NCBI GenBank assembly: GCA_963814035.1 | Contig: CAWFBH010000012.1 | Location: forward strand, 75,806 to 139,805 | Source: an uncultured delta proteobacterium | GTDB lineage: Bacteria > Desulfobacterota > Binatia > Binatales > Binataceae | Length of the DNA: 64,000 nt | Direction of reading: 5' to 3' | The notes under the pieces: model-generated | Seen by the model: the letters and a program-made list of their open reading frames with translations, nothing else | Database searches by the model: none | Told to the model about the DNA's origin: nothing | Shown: piece after piece, positions 46,655-55,252 of the stretch | Numbering within the stretch: the stretch's first letter is position 1 | Layout: every line of letters begins with the position of its first letter | Made by a program: the position numbers and the translations under genes

Positions 46655-47524
46655 ATGAGCGCACGTTCGCTATCAGCAGTCACGTCTCGCAGAGAGATAG
46701 CCCTCAGCGGTCAGCCCGATGCGCTGATGGCCCGTGAGGTTGACGGCCTCGTTTCCAAGCTCCTCACCGAGGTCAAGATTCCCTTCCCGTCGCTTGGCAA
46801 GCGCGTCCTGGGTCATCTCGCCGATTTGAAGAAGGTCCTCTCGACGGATTATGCCGAAGGCGCGGACCTTCCCGACAAAAATCTCCTCAAGGAGCTCTCG
46901 CGCGTCGTCGATTCCGACATCAAATCCGGGATGGCCGATTGGTATCAGGCCGGCAAAAAGCCTTGGGAATCGCCCGAGATACTTCCCGTCATTACCAAGC
47001 TATTCGGCGGTCGCGACCTGGAACTCCGCGCCGAGCCTTATCTCGAAGGCGCCGGTCTCGCGCTCCGAGGCTTCTTCTGCCGCGCCAATGTCGGCGCGAA
47101 GAGCAAGTTCGTCATCTTCCTGAACACCGCGCATCATCCGGGCGCGGTGGTCGCGACCTTCGGCCATGAGATCGGTCACTACATCTATGGCTCCCTGGTT
47201 GGCGAGCGCGCACCGATGGCGGCATTTCTGGAAGGCACCTTCAGTAACCATCTGCACGAAGAAGACGAACTCTTCGCCGACAGCCTGGTCGCTTTCTCCT
47301 GCTACAACCGCGAAATCATGAAAGAGATCGGCCCGATTAAGAATGTCCGGAAGGCCGATGATTTGTTTGGGCGTATCCGACGCGCCTACGGATTGGTCGG
47401 GAGCAAATACGAATTGGATCTGACCGATCGCAAGATGGGCAACGTCTGGCGGGTCCGTTACCTCACTTCGATGGTGCACTTCTTCAAGTTGCGTTGCGCG
47501 CTGCTTGAAAAAACCGGCATGTAG
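46655..47524 (+). CDS. ImmA/IrrE family (COG2856, M78-like) metallopeptidase
   Basis: ATFGHEIGHYIYG (HExxH), followed downstream by EDELFADSLVAF (the E..A..FA pattern of this family). Trimmed to ATG 46655. Confidence 0.75.
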   Translation: MSARSLSAVTSRREIALSGQPDALMAREVDGLVSKLLTEVKIPFPSLGKRVLGHLADLKKVLSTDYAEGADLPDKNLLKELSRVVDSDIKSGMADWYQAGKKPWESPEILPVITKLFGGRDLELRAEPYLEGAGLALRGFFCRANVGAKSKFVIFLNTAHHPGAVVATFGHEIGHYIYGSLVGERAPMAAFLEGTFSNHLHEEDELFADSLVAFSCYNREIMKEIGPIKNVRKADDLFGRIRRAYGLVGSKYELDLTDRKMGNVWRVRYLTSMVHFFKLRCALLEKTGM

Positions 47525-47552
47525 CCCTTTATCGACGGCGACTTCCGTCGAA

Positions 47553-47589
47553 CGAAAAAGAGGCCCGCATCGAGCGGACCTCTTTTTCG
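47553..47589. terminator. bidirectional rho-independent terminator between convergent genes
   Basis: CGAAAAAGAGGCCCG-CATCGAG-CGGACCTCTTTTTCG: a 15-bp stem with one mismatch, an A-tract on the left and a T-tract on the right. Confidence 0.65.
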
Positions 47590-47617
47590 TTTGATGAGCT
47601 GAACAATGCTTCGCGGA

Positions 47618-48109
47618 TTAGTATGCGTTCCCTCCCGAGTTGCTGCCCGATCCGCCGGCCACGCCGCCAGTGGATGTCCCGCTGCCCGGATTCCCGCTCG
47701 CGGGATTTCCATTGCCTGTCCATGCGTTATTGCTGCCGACGCTGCCCGGACCCTTATTGAGGGTCGAACTTCCCGGACCGGTCGCCGCACTAGCTCCATA
47801 GTTGGGGCTTCCCGGACCGCTGGCCGCGCCGCCACTGTAACTGGGGCTGCCGGGCCCGGACGGTGATCCCGCCGTTCCCGGGGCGCTCATGGAGCCTGAT
47901 CCGCTCATCGAAGGACCTCCACTCATCGACGAGCCACCACTCATGCCACCCGATGCTCCACCGCCCATCGCAGCGCCGCCCGCGGCACCACCGCCGCCTG
48001 CCCCACCACCCGCTCCGCCTCCGCCGCCGGCTTGCGCAAAGGCGGCGCATGGGATCGACATCGCGACCGCAAACATCGAGGCGGTAAGAAAAGTTGCAAA
48101 ACGTTTCAT
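47618..48109 (-). CDS. secreted Gly/Ser/Ala-rich low-complexity protein
   Basis: SD AAGGAG 7 nt upstream. Sec signal MKRFATFLTASMFAVAMSIPCAAFA|QA, then ~135 aa of almost only G/S/A/P/N/T/M. Confidence 0.7.
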   Translation of the reverse strand: MKRFATFLTASMFAVAMSIPCAAFAQAGGGGGAGGGAGGGGAAGGAAMGGGASGGMSGGSSMSGGPSMSGSGSMSAPGTAGSPSGPGSPSYSGGAASGPGSPNYGASAATGPGSSTLNKGPGSVGSNNAWTGNGNPASGNPGSGTSTGGVAGGSGSNSGGNAY

Positions 48110-48332
48110 GTCATTTCTCCTTGATTATCGCTCGCCCTGAAATTGCCTCAGGTGAGCCGTTTGAAGACCTGGAAGCGCGGACCCGAAAAGGTTCCGCAGG
48201 AGGGCTTATGAAGGGCAGACGCCCCGTCTTCGGCGATAATTCGAAGTTTTGCGCCGGTTGGTGGGAAATCCGACACTCGTTTGTCCCGCAACGATTGCGG
48301 GACTAAACTTCCCGTTCTCGCATGGAGTCGTG

Positions 48333-48746
48333 ATGAGCAATTCTTCAGTCCAAACACGCACTTATCGGGGCGGATGCCATTGCGGACGCGTTGCCTTCGA
48401 GGTCAGCGGATTGCTGGAAAAAGCCGAGCAGTGCAATTGCTCGATTTGTTCCAAAAAGGGCTATCTGCACTGGATCGTGGCCCGGGAGAACTTCCGTTTG
48501 CTCACGCCGCAGGATGATTTCGCGACGTACACCTTCAATACCGGCGTCGCCAAGCATCACTTTTGCCCGCGATGCGGCGTCGCGTCGTTTTACATCCCGC
48601 GCTCCGATCCCGACAAAATCGACGTCAATGCACGATGTCTCGAGGGCGTGGACTCCTCGTCATTGCGGATAGAATATTTCGACGGCCAGAATTGGGAAGC
48701 CAACGTCGCCGGCTACAAAGCTAAGCGGACGCCTTCGGAGAAGTAG
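48333..48746 (+). CDS. GFA (glutathione-dependent formaldehyde-activating/CENP-V) family protein
   Basis: GGCHCGRVAFEV..CNCSICSKKGYLH..FCPRCG zinc-binding Cys pattern. Trimmed to ATG 48333. Confidence 0.85.
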   Translation: MSNSSVQTRTYRGGCHCGRVAFEVSGLLEKAEQCNCSICSKKGYLHWIVARENFRLLTPQDDFATYTFNTGVAKHHFCPRCGVASFYIPRSDPDKIDVNARCLEGVDSSSLRIEYFDGQNWEANVAGYKAKRTPSEK

Positions 48747-48748
48747 TC

Positions 48749-49369
48749 TTGTCCACCCTGGGATTCAGGCCTCGCGATTTCGAGGTCTTCGCGGTCGAGG
48801 ACTTTGGCGCGCGGATGGAGCTCCTCTATCGCCACGTCCGTCCGAAGCTGGTGAAGCTCGGCGATGAGCTCGCGCCCGAGTTGTCGCGCAAGCTGCACCT
48901 GGAATTTTTTCCCCACGTCGCCAAACATGCGCGCCGCACCGTGAATCCGCCCGCGGAAACCTGGGCCGCGTTCGGACCGTCGCCCAAGGGCTACAAACGG
49001 TACGGTTATCTGGCGCTTTGTATTTCCCGGACCGGCCTGCATGCCCGCGCGGTGGTGAAAACCGAAGCCGACCATCGCCCCGAAATGGGCGCGAAGATCC
49101 GCGCGACGGCGTCGAATCTCGCCAGGGCGTTTCGCGGAACCAGGCTCGCGCATTACGACAAGTGGGACTTCGAACATCTTCCGCACGCCAGCTCCGCTGA
49201 GCCGGAGTTCTTCGAATCGATCGCCGATGCTTTCGACAGGAAGACCGGCGTTCTCGACGTTGGCTTTGGATGGCGAGTGAGTGATGCGCTTCGACTCGAT
49301 CGCGCTGAACTTCTTGATGCGTGGGGCGAGCTCGAGCCGCTCTATCGCCTGCTCCGATCGGTGACCTGA
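48749..49369 (+). CDS. DUF1054 (YktB) family protein
   Basis: FFPHVAKHARRTVNPPAETWAAFGPSPKGYKRYGYLALCI matches my recollection of the YktB signature. TTG start. Confidence 0.75.
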   Translation: MSTLGFRPRDFEVFAVEDFGARMELLYRHVRPKLVKLGDELAPELSRKLHLEFFPHVAKHARRTVNPPAETWAAFGPSPKGYKRYGYLALCISRTGLHARAVVKTEADHRPEMGAKIRATASNLARAFRGTRLAHYDKWDFEHLPHASSAEPEFFESIADAFDRKTGVLDVGFGWRVSDALRLDRAELLDAWGELEPLYRLLRSVT

Positions 49370-49373
49370 GACG

Positions 49374-50184
49374 ATGGCCGAAGCATCGAAACACGACCCG
49401 GACATCTACAAGGGTACCGCGTGGTACTACTCGCGCTTCCGCCCGCGCTATCCGGAAACGCTCGTCACCCTTCTGCGCGATAGCTTCGGCCTCGATGGTG
49501 CCGGAAGACTGCTCGACCTCGGATGTGGCCCGGGAACCGTCGCGATTCGGCTGGCACCTCTGTTCGCGCACGTGGTGGCGATGGATCCCGAACCCGAGAT
49601 GCTGGCCGAGGGAAGGGCTCAGGCCGAGCGTGCCGCAGTTTCCAACATCGAATGGCGCCGCGGCAGCTCGGAGGATCTCTCGCCGGATTTGGGCCGCTTC
49701 CGTTTGGTTACGATGGGAAATTCCTTCCATTGGATGGATCGTGACCGCACCCTCGAGGCGCTCTATGACCTCGTGATCGACGGCGGAGGGATTGCGGTCG
49801 TAGGAGAGGGTGCGCCCCTATCGCCCCTGCCGCCAACACCTTGGCGCGTCGCGATCAACGACGTCGTCAGGAAGTACGTCGGCGATCGGCCGCTTCCCTG
49901 GGACCTAACCAGTCCACAACCTGACGAGCTGCATGAGGCCTACCTTGCGCGCTCGCGATTCAAGGACTTGAGCCGCCACGTGGAATCTTTTGAGGTCACC
50001 TGGACCGATCGACTCGATGATCGGAAATCTCTACTCGATGTCCTTCTGTAGTCGCCGCATCCTCGGCGACCGTGTCGAGGCTTTCGAACGCGACTTGCGC
50101 GAGGCGATTCTTGCCGTCGAGCCGTCGGGGGTGTTGCGCGGCGAACCTCCCGAGTTCTTCGCGTACATGGCCTGGAAACGCTAA
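49374..50184 (+). pseudogene. class I SAM-dependent methyltransferase, frameshifted as assembled
   Basis: RLLDLGCGPGTVAIRLA motif I is in ORF 49374..50051. The expected C-terminus (IDSMIGNLYSMSFCSRRILGDRVEAFERDLREAI..) is in ORF 49990..50184. The junction is near 50004..50008. Confidence 0.75.
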
Positions 50185-50186
50185 CC

Positions 50187-51189
50187 ATGGAAACCGTCGC
50201 GATCCTCGGAGCTGGCGCGTGGGGAACCGCGCTGGCGATCATCCTCGCGCGCAATGGTCATCGCACCATGCTCGGTGTGCGCCGCGGGGAATCACTGCAG
50301 CTATTCAGCAGCATGCGCGAAAATGCGACCTACCTGCCGGGCGTACAGATTCCTTCCAATGTCGAACTTACCGCGTCATGGCCCGATGCGGTCGCGAGCG
50401 CATCGGTAATCGTGATGGCGGTACCCTCGCGTTACGGCCGGTCCGCGATGATACCGATTGCGAGCGCCATCGCGCCGGGATCGATCCTCGTCAGTGCAAC
50501 CAAGGGCATCGAGGAGGCCTCGCTCGCGTCGATGACCGCCATGCTCGCCGAGGTCGCTCCCAACGCGCGCGCATATGTCGCGCTTTCAGGGCCCGGGATT
50601 CGCCGCCGAAGTCGCGCGCGGAAAACCCGCGGCGCTGGTGGTTGCCTCCAGCGATGAAGATGCCGCCCGCAAGGTGCAGCATCTGTTCGCCTCGCCGATG
50701 CTGCGTATCTATCGCAGTGCCGATGTCATCGGGGTCGAACTGGCGGGCGCGGCGAAAAATGTGATCGCCATCGCGGCCGGAATCAGCGACGGCCTCGACC
50801 TCGGTTCGAGCGCACGCGCGGCGGTTATCACCCGGGGTCTGGCCGAAATCGCGCGGCTGGTCGGGGCTGCCGGTGGAAAACGCGAAACGGTGATGGGGCT
50901 CGCGGGGCTCGGCGACCTGGTGCTGACCTGCACCGGCGACTTATCGCGCAATCGAACCTTGGGGATTAGGATCGGTCGCGAGGGCGGCTTCCTTATGCCT
51001 GCCGATCAGCCCGATGGCGAACCGGTTGCCGAGGGCATCGTCAACGCGCGGTCGGTAAAAATGCTCGCCCAGCGTCATCAGGTCGAGATGCCCATCGTCG
51101 ATGCGGTCTATCGGACCCTCTATGAAGCGGAGCCGCCAAAAGCTATGGTCGATGAATTGCTCAATCGCGCGCTGAAGTCCGAGTTCTAG
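50187..51189 (+). pseudogene. gpsA: NAD(P)H-dependent glycerol-3-phosphate dehydrogenase, frameshifted as assembled
   Basis: VAILGAGAWGTALA N-terminus in ORF 50187..50657. GPGFAAEVARGKPAALVVAS..GAAKNVIAIAAGISDGL..TCTGDLSRNR in ORF 50575..51189. The junction is in GGGCCCGGG at 50589..50597 (one G fewer gives ALSGPGFAAEV). Confidence 0.9.
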
Positions 51190-51218
51190 CGCCGCGGTAA
51201 TTCAGGAAAGAAATATCG

Positions 51219-51479
51219 ATGTCAACGAAGGGAACCTGCAAAGCCAAGGATTGTGAACGCGAAGTAATTGCCAAGGGCTACTGCCGCAAGCATTACCGCC
51301 TCTGGAAGGCCGGCGAGATGCCGCATCCGCGCTATAAAATCTGCACTTTCGAGAAATGCCGCAAGGCACGCGGCGAAAAGGGCAGCCTCTGCGAGGAGCA
51401 TTGGAACGCCGCGCACGCGAAGGCCGCCGAGACTGCAGCGCCGGCTGCCGCGCCCGCTGAAGCGGCTCCTGCTACCTAA
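51219..51479 (+). CDS. small Cys-rich protein with two CCCH zinc-knuckle-like repeats and Ala/Pro tail
   Basis: CKAKDCEREVIAKGYCRKH and CTFEKCRKARGEKGSLCEEH (C-x4-C-x9/10-C-x2-H, twice). Confidence 0.55.
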   Translation: MSTKGTCKAKDCEREVIAKGYCRKHYRLWKAGEMPHPRYKICTFEKCRKARGEKGSLCEEHWNAAHAKAAETAAPAAAPAEAAPAT

Positions 51480-51506
51480 GATTTCCGAACCTCAGGTAAG
51501 GTCGCG

Positions 51507-52304
51507 ATGGCTAATCTGATCGTCGCTGGCGCCGCGGGCAGGATGGGCCGGATGCTGATCCAGCTCATCGCCGCCGACTCATCGCATAAACTCGTCGGCG
51601 CGCTGGAGGCCAAAGGCGTTCCTGCGGTCGGCAGTGATGCCGGCACTCCGGCTGGCGTCGGCAAGCTCGGCGTCATTATCACCGACGATTATGCCTCGAT
51701 CGCGAAGCCCGACACGGTCACGCTCGATTTCACCAGCGCGGCACCGTCATTGGAGCATCTCGAAGTGGCCGCTAAGAATGGCGCGGCGATCGTCATCGGC
51801 TCGACCGGCTTCACGCCGGAAATGGAACAACGCGCGAAAGAACTCGCTGCCAAAACGCGCACTGTCATCGCGCCCAACATGAGTATGGGCGTGAACGTGC
51901 TGACGAAGATCGTCGCCGAGGTCGCCGCGATTCTTAAGGACTTCGACGCCGAGGTGATCGAGATTCACCATCGCACCAAGGTCGATGCGCCCAGCGGCAC
52001 CGCCTTGGGCCTCGGTCGCGCAATCGCGCAGGCGCGCGGGCAAAATCTCGCGGACGAGGCGATCTACGGCCGCGAAGGTATCACCGGGGTGCGGCCGAAG
52101 GATCAGATCGCTGTGCTCGCGATTCGCGCCGGCGATGCGGTCGGCGATCATACGGTGATTTTCGGTGGAACCGGCGAACGCCTCGAACTGACCCATCGCG
52201 CACAAAGCCGCGAATCACTCGCGCGCGGCGCGATCCGCGCCGCCGGATGGCTCGCGGGCCAGAAGCCCGGACTCTATACGATGCGCGATGTGCTCGGTCT
52301 GTAG
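51507..52304 (+). CDS. dapB: 4-hydroxy-tetrahydrodipicolinate reductase
   Basis: VAGAAGRMG N-terminus, and EIHHRTKVDAPSGTAL catalytic motif. Confidence 0.95.
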   Translation: MANLIVAGAAGRMGRMLIQLIAADSSHKLVGALEAKGVPAVGSDAGTPAGVGKLGVIITDDYASIAKPDTVTLDFTSAAPSLEHLEVAAKNGAAIVIGSTGFTPEMEQRAKELAAKTRTVIAPNMSMGVNVLTKIVAEVAAILKDFDAEVIEIHHRTKVDAPSGTALGLGRAIAQARGQNLADEAIYGREGITGVRPKDQIAVLAIRAGDAVGDHTVIFGGTGERLELTHRAQSRESLARGAIRAAGWLAGQKPGLYTMRDVLGL

Positions 52305-52307
52305 GCG

Positions 52308-53306
52308 CTAAGGCCGCCGCGGGGTCGGCGTCGTCGCCTCTTCGCCTTCGTGCTCCAGCGAAGCCCAGCGTTCCTGCAACCTGACCCATAGCCCGCGATG
52401 GATGCGCATCTCGTACGCGACCATTCCAATCAGCGCGAGGCCGTTGGCGGCGATAATCTTCCACCATCCAAGCTGCTCGAGCAGCGACGCATCGATCAGC
52501 GTCACCCATCCGAAGAAAAACACCTCGAAAATCGCGAACACGATCAACACGCCGAGCGCGACCAGCGGCTCGCGATCGGTGGCGGCCATCAGGATTGCGA
52601 GCGCGACGCCGAATCCGATGAAGCCGAGGAAGTGGATGACGGTGTAGCCGATGATGAGCGGCGCCACGGTTTCCGGCGCGGCCGTCATCGAGCCATTGAA
52701 GATCGCTTCGCCCAGCAGCAGCGGCGTCTTGAACGCTTCACCCATCGCCAGGTCGTAGGCGAGAAACCACGCGGCGACGATCACCGCGCCGACCAGTCCC
52801 GCCGTCAGGCCCTCCTGGAGAATCGGAATCCACGGTCCGAGCAGGTTGCGCGCGAGCGCCGGATGGCGGGACAGGAAGTAGTAGAGCATCGTCACCGTCG
52901 CGAGCAGGTTCGCGACGACGATTCCCCACCACGTAACCGCGTGCATTACCCCGGCGCCGAGGAACATCACCACACCGACGAAGAAGACGTCGAAGGCGCC
53001 AAGGAACACCAGCAGCGAAATCATCAGCGTCGGCTCGTTCTCGGCGGCTTCGAGGAGATTGGCCCCGACAATTCCCGCGATGATGAAAGCGGTGAAATGC
53101 AGCACCGAATATTCCAGCATCAGCTGGATCGCGCTGAGTCCTTCCGGATGCGATCCGTGCAGGATGGCGGCGGCAAGCATCACCGGGGTTTCGAAAATCT
53201 GGCCGCGCGCGGCATCGAAAATCAGAAACCACAGCGCGACCACTCCCGCGCCGAGCAGCCCAGCGATCGCGCCGTCGAGGATAATTCGGGACCTGGAATG
53301 CTGCAT
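52308..53306 (-). CDS. hypothetical 8-TM membrane protein with internal duplication
   Basis: The two halves align: DGAIAGLLGAGVVALWFLIFDAARGQIFETPVMLAAAILHG versus QEGLTAGLVGAVIVAAWFLAYDLAMGEAFKTPLLLGEAIFNG. Confidence 0.6.
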   Translation of the reverse strand: MQHSRSRIILDGAIAGLLGAGVVALWFLIFDAARGQIFETPVMLAAAILHGSHPEGLSAIQLMLEYSVLHFTAFIIAGIVGANLLEAAENEPTLMISLLVFLGAFDVFFVGVVMFLGAGVMHAVTWWGIVVANLLATVTMLYYFLSRHPALARNLLGPWIPILQEGLTAGLVGAVIVAAWFLAYDLAMGEAFKTPLLLGEAIFNGSMTAAPETVAPLIIGYTVIHFLGFIGFGVALAILMAATDREPLVALGVLIVFAIFEVFFFGWVTLIDASLLEQLGWWKIIAANGLALIGMVAYEMRIHRGLWVRLQERWASLEHEGEEATTPTPRRP

Positions 53307-53400
53307 CGTGAAGACTCCAACTGGGAACTAGTAGCTCACTATAATCCGCGCGCGCAAATTCTTCGATAAGCCCGCATCCCCTGATAAAGTCATCCCGCTA

Positions 53401-53901
53401 ATGGAATCGATACCGCAATTCCTGACCGCGGACCATCGGCGCCTCGACGCGCTGCTGGAACGCACCGGCGACTGCCGCACGCCCGAGGAGCTTGCGGCCT
53501 ACGACGGCTTCCGCCGCGGCATTCTGAAGCACATCGGCATCGAGGAAAAGATTCTCCTGGCCGCCGCGGCGCGGCTGCAAGGATCGCCGCTGGAGCAAGC
53601 GGCGCGGCTGCGCCTCGATCACGGCGCGATCGTCTCGCTGCTGATGCCGATTCCGACGCCCCCGATCATTCGCGCGATTCGCACCGTGCTCACCGCGCAC
53701 AATCCCATCGAGGAAGGCGACCGCGGCGTTTATGACCTATGTGAGAAGCTGGCCGCGTCGGAGCACGCGGAGCTGCTCGCGAAGATTCGCGAGGCGCCGG
53801 AAGTCCCGACCCATCCGAATGCCACCACGCCGCGAATCCTCGATGCCGCGCGGCACGCTCTCGCGCGGGCGGGATACGATTCGGCATTGATCGACGATTA
53901 G
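53401..53901 (+). CDS. hemerythrin (HHE cation-binding) domain protein
   Basis: LTADHRRLDALLE..., H/E spacing in a four-helix pattern (KHIGIEEKIL, LDHGAIVSLL, AHNPIEE). Confidence 0.65.
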   Translation: MESIPQFLTADHRRLDALLERTGDCRTPEELAAYDGFRRGILKHIGIEEKILLAAAARLQGSPLEQAARLRLDHGAIVSLLMPIPTPPIIRAIRTVLTAHNPIEEGDRGVYDLCEKLAASEHAELLAKIREAPEVPTHPNATTPRILDAARHALARAGYDSALIDD

Positions 53902-53938
53902 CATCCGATTCTAAAGTCCTCGCGCGGTCGGATATTCT

Positions 53939-55252
53939 GTGCGGTTGATGAGCGCGGAAATCAAAAAGCCCGACGCGCTTCGGATCGGGCGGCTCCCGAT
54001 CCATTTCTTCACCAGCGCCGTAATCTGGTTCGCGTGCGGCGTTGTCGCGGCGCCATTTCTCGTCAGCCAGATAGTCGACTTTTTCTACCAGCCACCCATC
54101 CTCGCGCTGGTGCATACGTTCACCCTCGGATGGATCAGCGCCTCGATCATGGGCGTGATGTATCGCTACGTGCCCTCGCTCACGCGCCATCCGATCGCGT
54201 ATCCGCGCATGGCGATCTGGCAGCTCGTGCTCTTCATCATCGGCACCATCGGCCTGGTGTCGCACTTCGCCAACGGGATTTGGGTCGGCACCTGGTTCTC
54301 GGCGGGCATCCTGATCGTCAGCATCGCGATGTTCGCAGCCAACATGATTCCCTGCCTCTATGCGCAGCTTGGGCGCGGCGTTGCGGAAACCGGGATGTTT
54401 CTTTCGATCTGCTTCCTGTTCGTGGCGGCATCGATCGGGTTCGTGCTGTCGCTCGACAAAACCTACAACTTCCTCGGCGGCGACGTGCTCACCAACCTCG
54501 CGAGTCACGTCCACTTCGCGGCGGTCGGATGGGTGACATTGACCATCTGCGCGGTGTCGTATCGCATGTTGCCGGCGTTCCTGCTGCCGAAGCTCCATTT
54601 GCCTCGCAGTGCGATGTGGCAGCTGTGGGCACTCGCGGTCGGCGCGCTCGCCTTGGGCATAACGCTGCTGCTTGGCTGGCCGGGCGCGATTTTCTGGAGC
54701 CTCGCCATCGCGATGGCGCTGGTCGCCTACATGGTCACGATCGGTCGCCTGGTGCGCTCACATCGGATGCCGATCGACTTCAGCGCGCGCCACGCCATCG
54801 CGGGAATCATCTGGCTGGTGCTCGCGATCGTTTGCGGACTGACGCTCGCCATAATCGGTCCGCAGGGCGTCGCCGGGAGCCGCATCGCCTCGGCATACGG
54901 CGCGATGGGCCTGCTCGGCTGGGTTTCCAATTTCATAATTGGAGTATCCTATCAACTATACCCCGGCTTCGTGGTTCATGCGCGGACCGCCGCTGGCTGG
55001 CGCGCGGTCACCATCGCGGAGCTGTCGATCAAACCTCCACGATGGATGGTGTTCATCGCGTACAATGCTGGGGTAGCCATCCTGGTCGCGGGATTTATGA
55101 TGTCGTCCGTCGCGCTCGCACAACTGGGGGCGGTCGCAATCGCGATCGGAGGACTCACCTACAGCGCGGCGACTTTATGGACACTGAGTTTCGCCTATCG
55201 CAAAGCCGTGCCCGCGGCGGCGAATATTCCGCTGCGGGTTCTACCCAGCTAG
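53939..55252 (+). CDS. polytopic (~12 TM) membrane protein, distantly heme-copper-oxidase subunit I-like
   Basis: LVHTFTLGWISASIMGVMYRYVPSLTRHPIAYPRMAIWQLVLF parallels the helix II region of the bona fide CoxI in this window ([36 protein letters not shown]). The canonical GHPEVY/HH CuB motifs are absent. Start is GTG 53939 or ATG 53948. Confidence 0.45.
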   Translation: MRLMSAEIKKPDALRIGRLPIHFFTSAVIWFACGVVAAPFLVSQIVDFFYQPPILALVHTFTLGWISASIMGVMYRYVPSLTRHPIAYPRMAIWQLVLFIIGTIGLVSHFANGIWVGTWFSAGILIVSIAMFAANMIPCLYAQLGRGVAETGMFLSICFLFVAASIGFVLSLDKTYNFLGGDVLTNLASHVHFAAVGWVTLTICAVSYRMLPAFLLPKLHLPRSAMWQLWALAVGALALGITLLLGWPGAIFWSLAIAMALVAYMVTIGRLVRSHRMPIDFSARHAIAGIIWLVLAIVCGLTLAIIGPQGVAGSRIASAYGAMGLLGWVSNFIIGVSYQLYPGFVVHARTAAGWRAVTIAELSIKPPRWMVFIAYNAGVAILVAGFMMSSVALAQLGAVAIAIGGLTYSAATLWTLSFAYRKAVPAAANIPLRVLPS

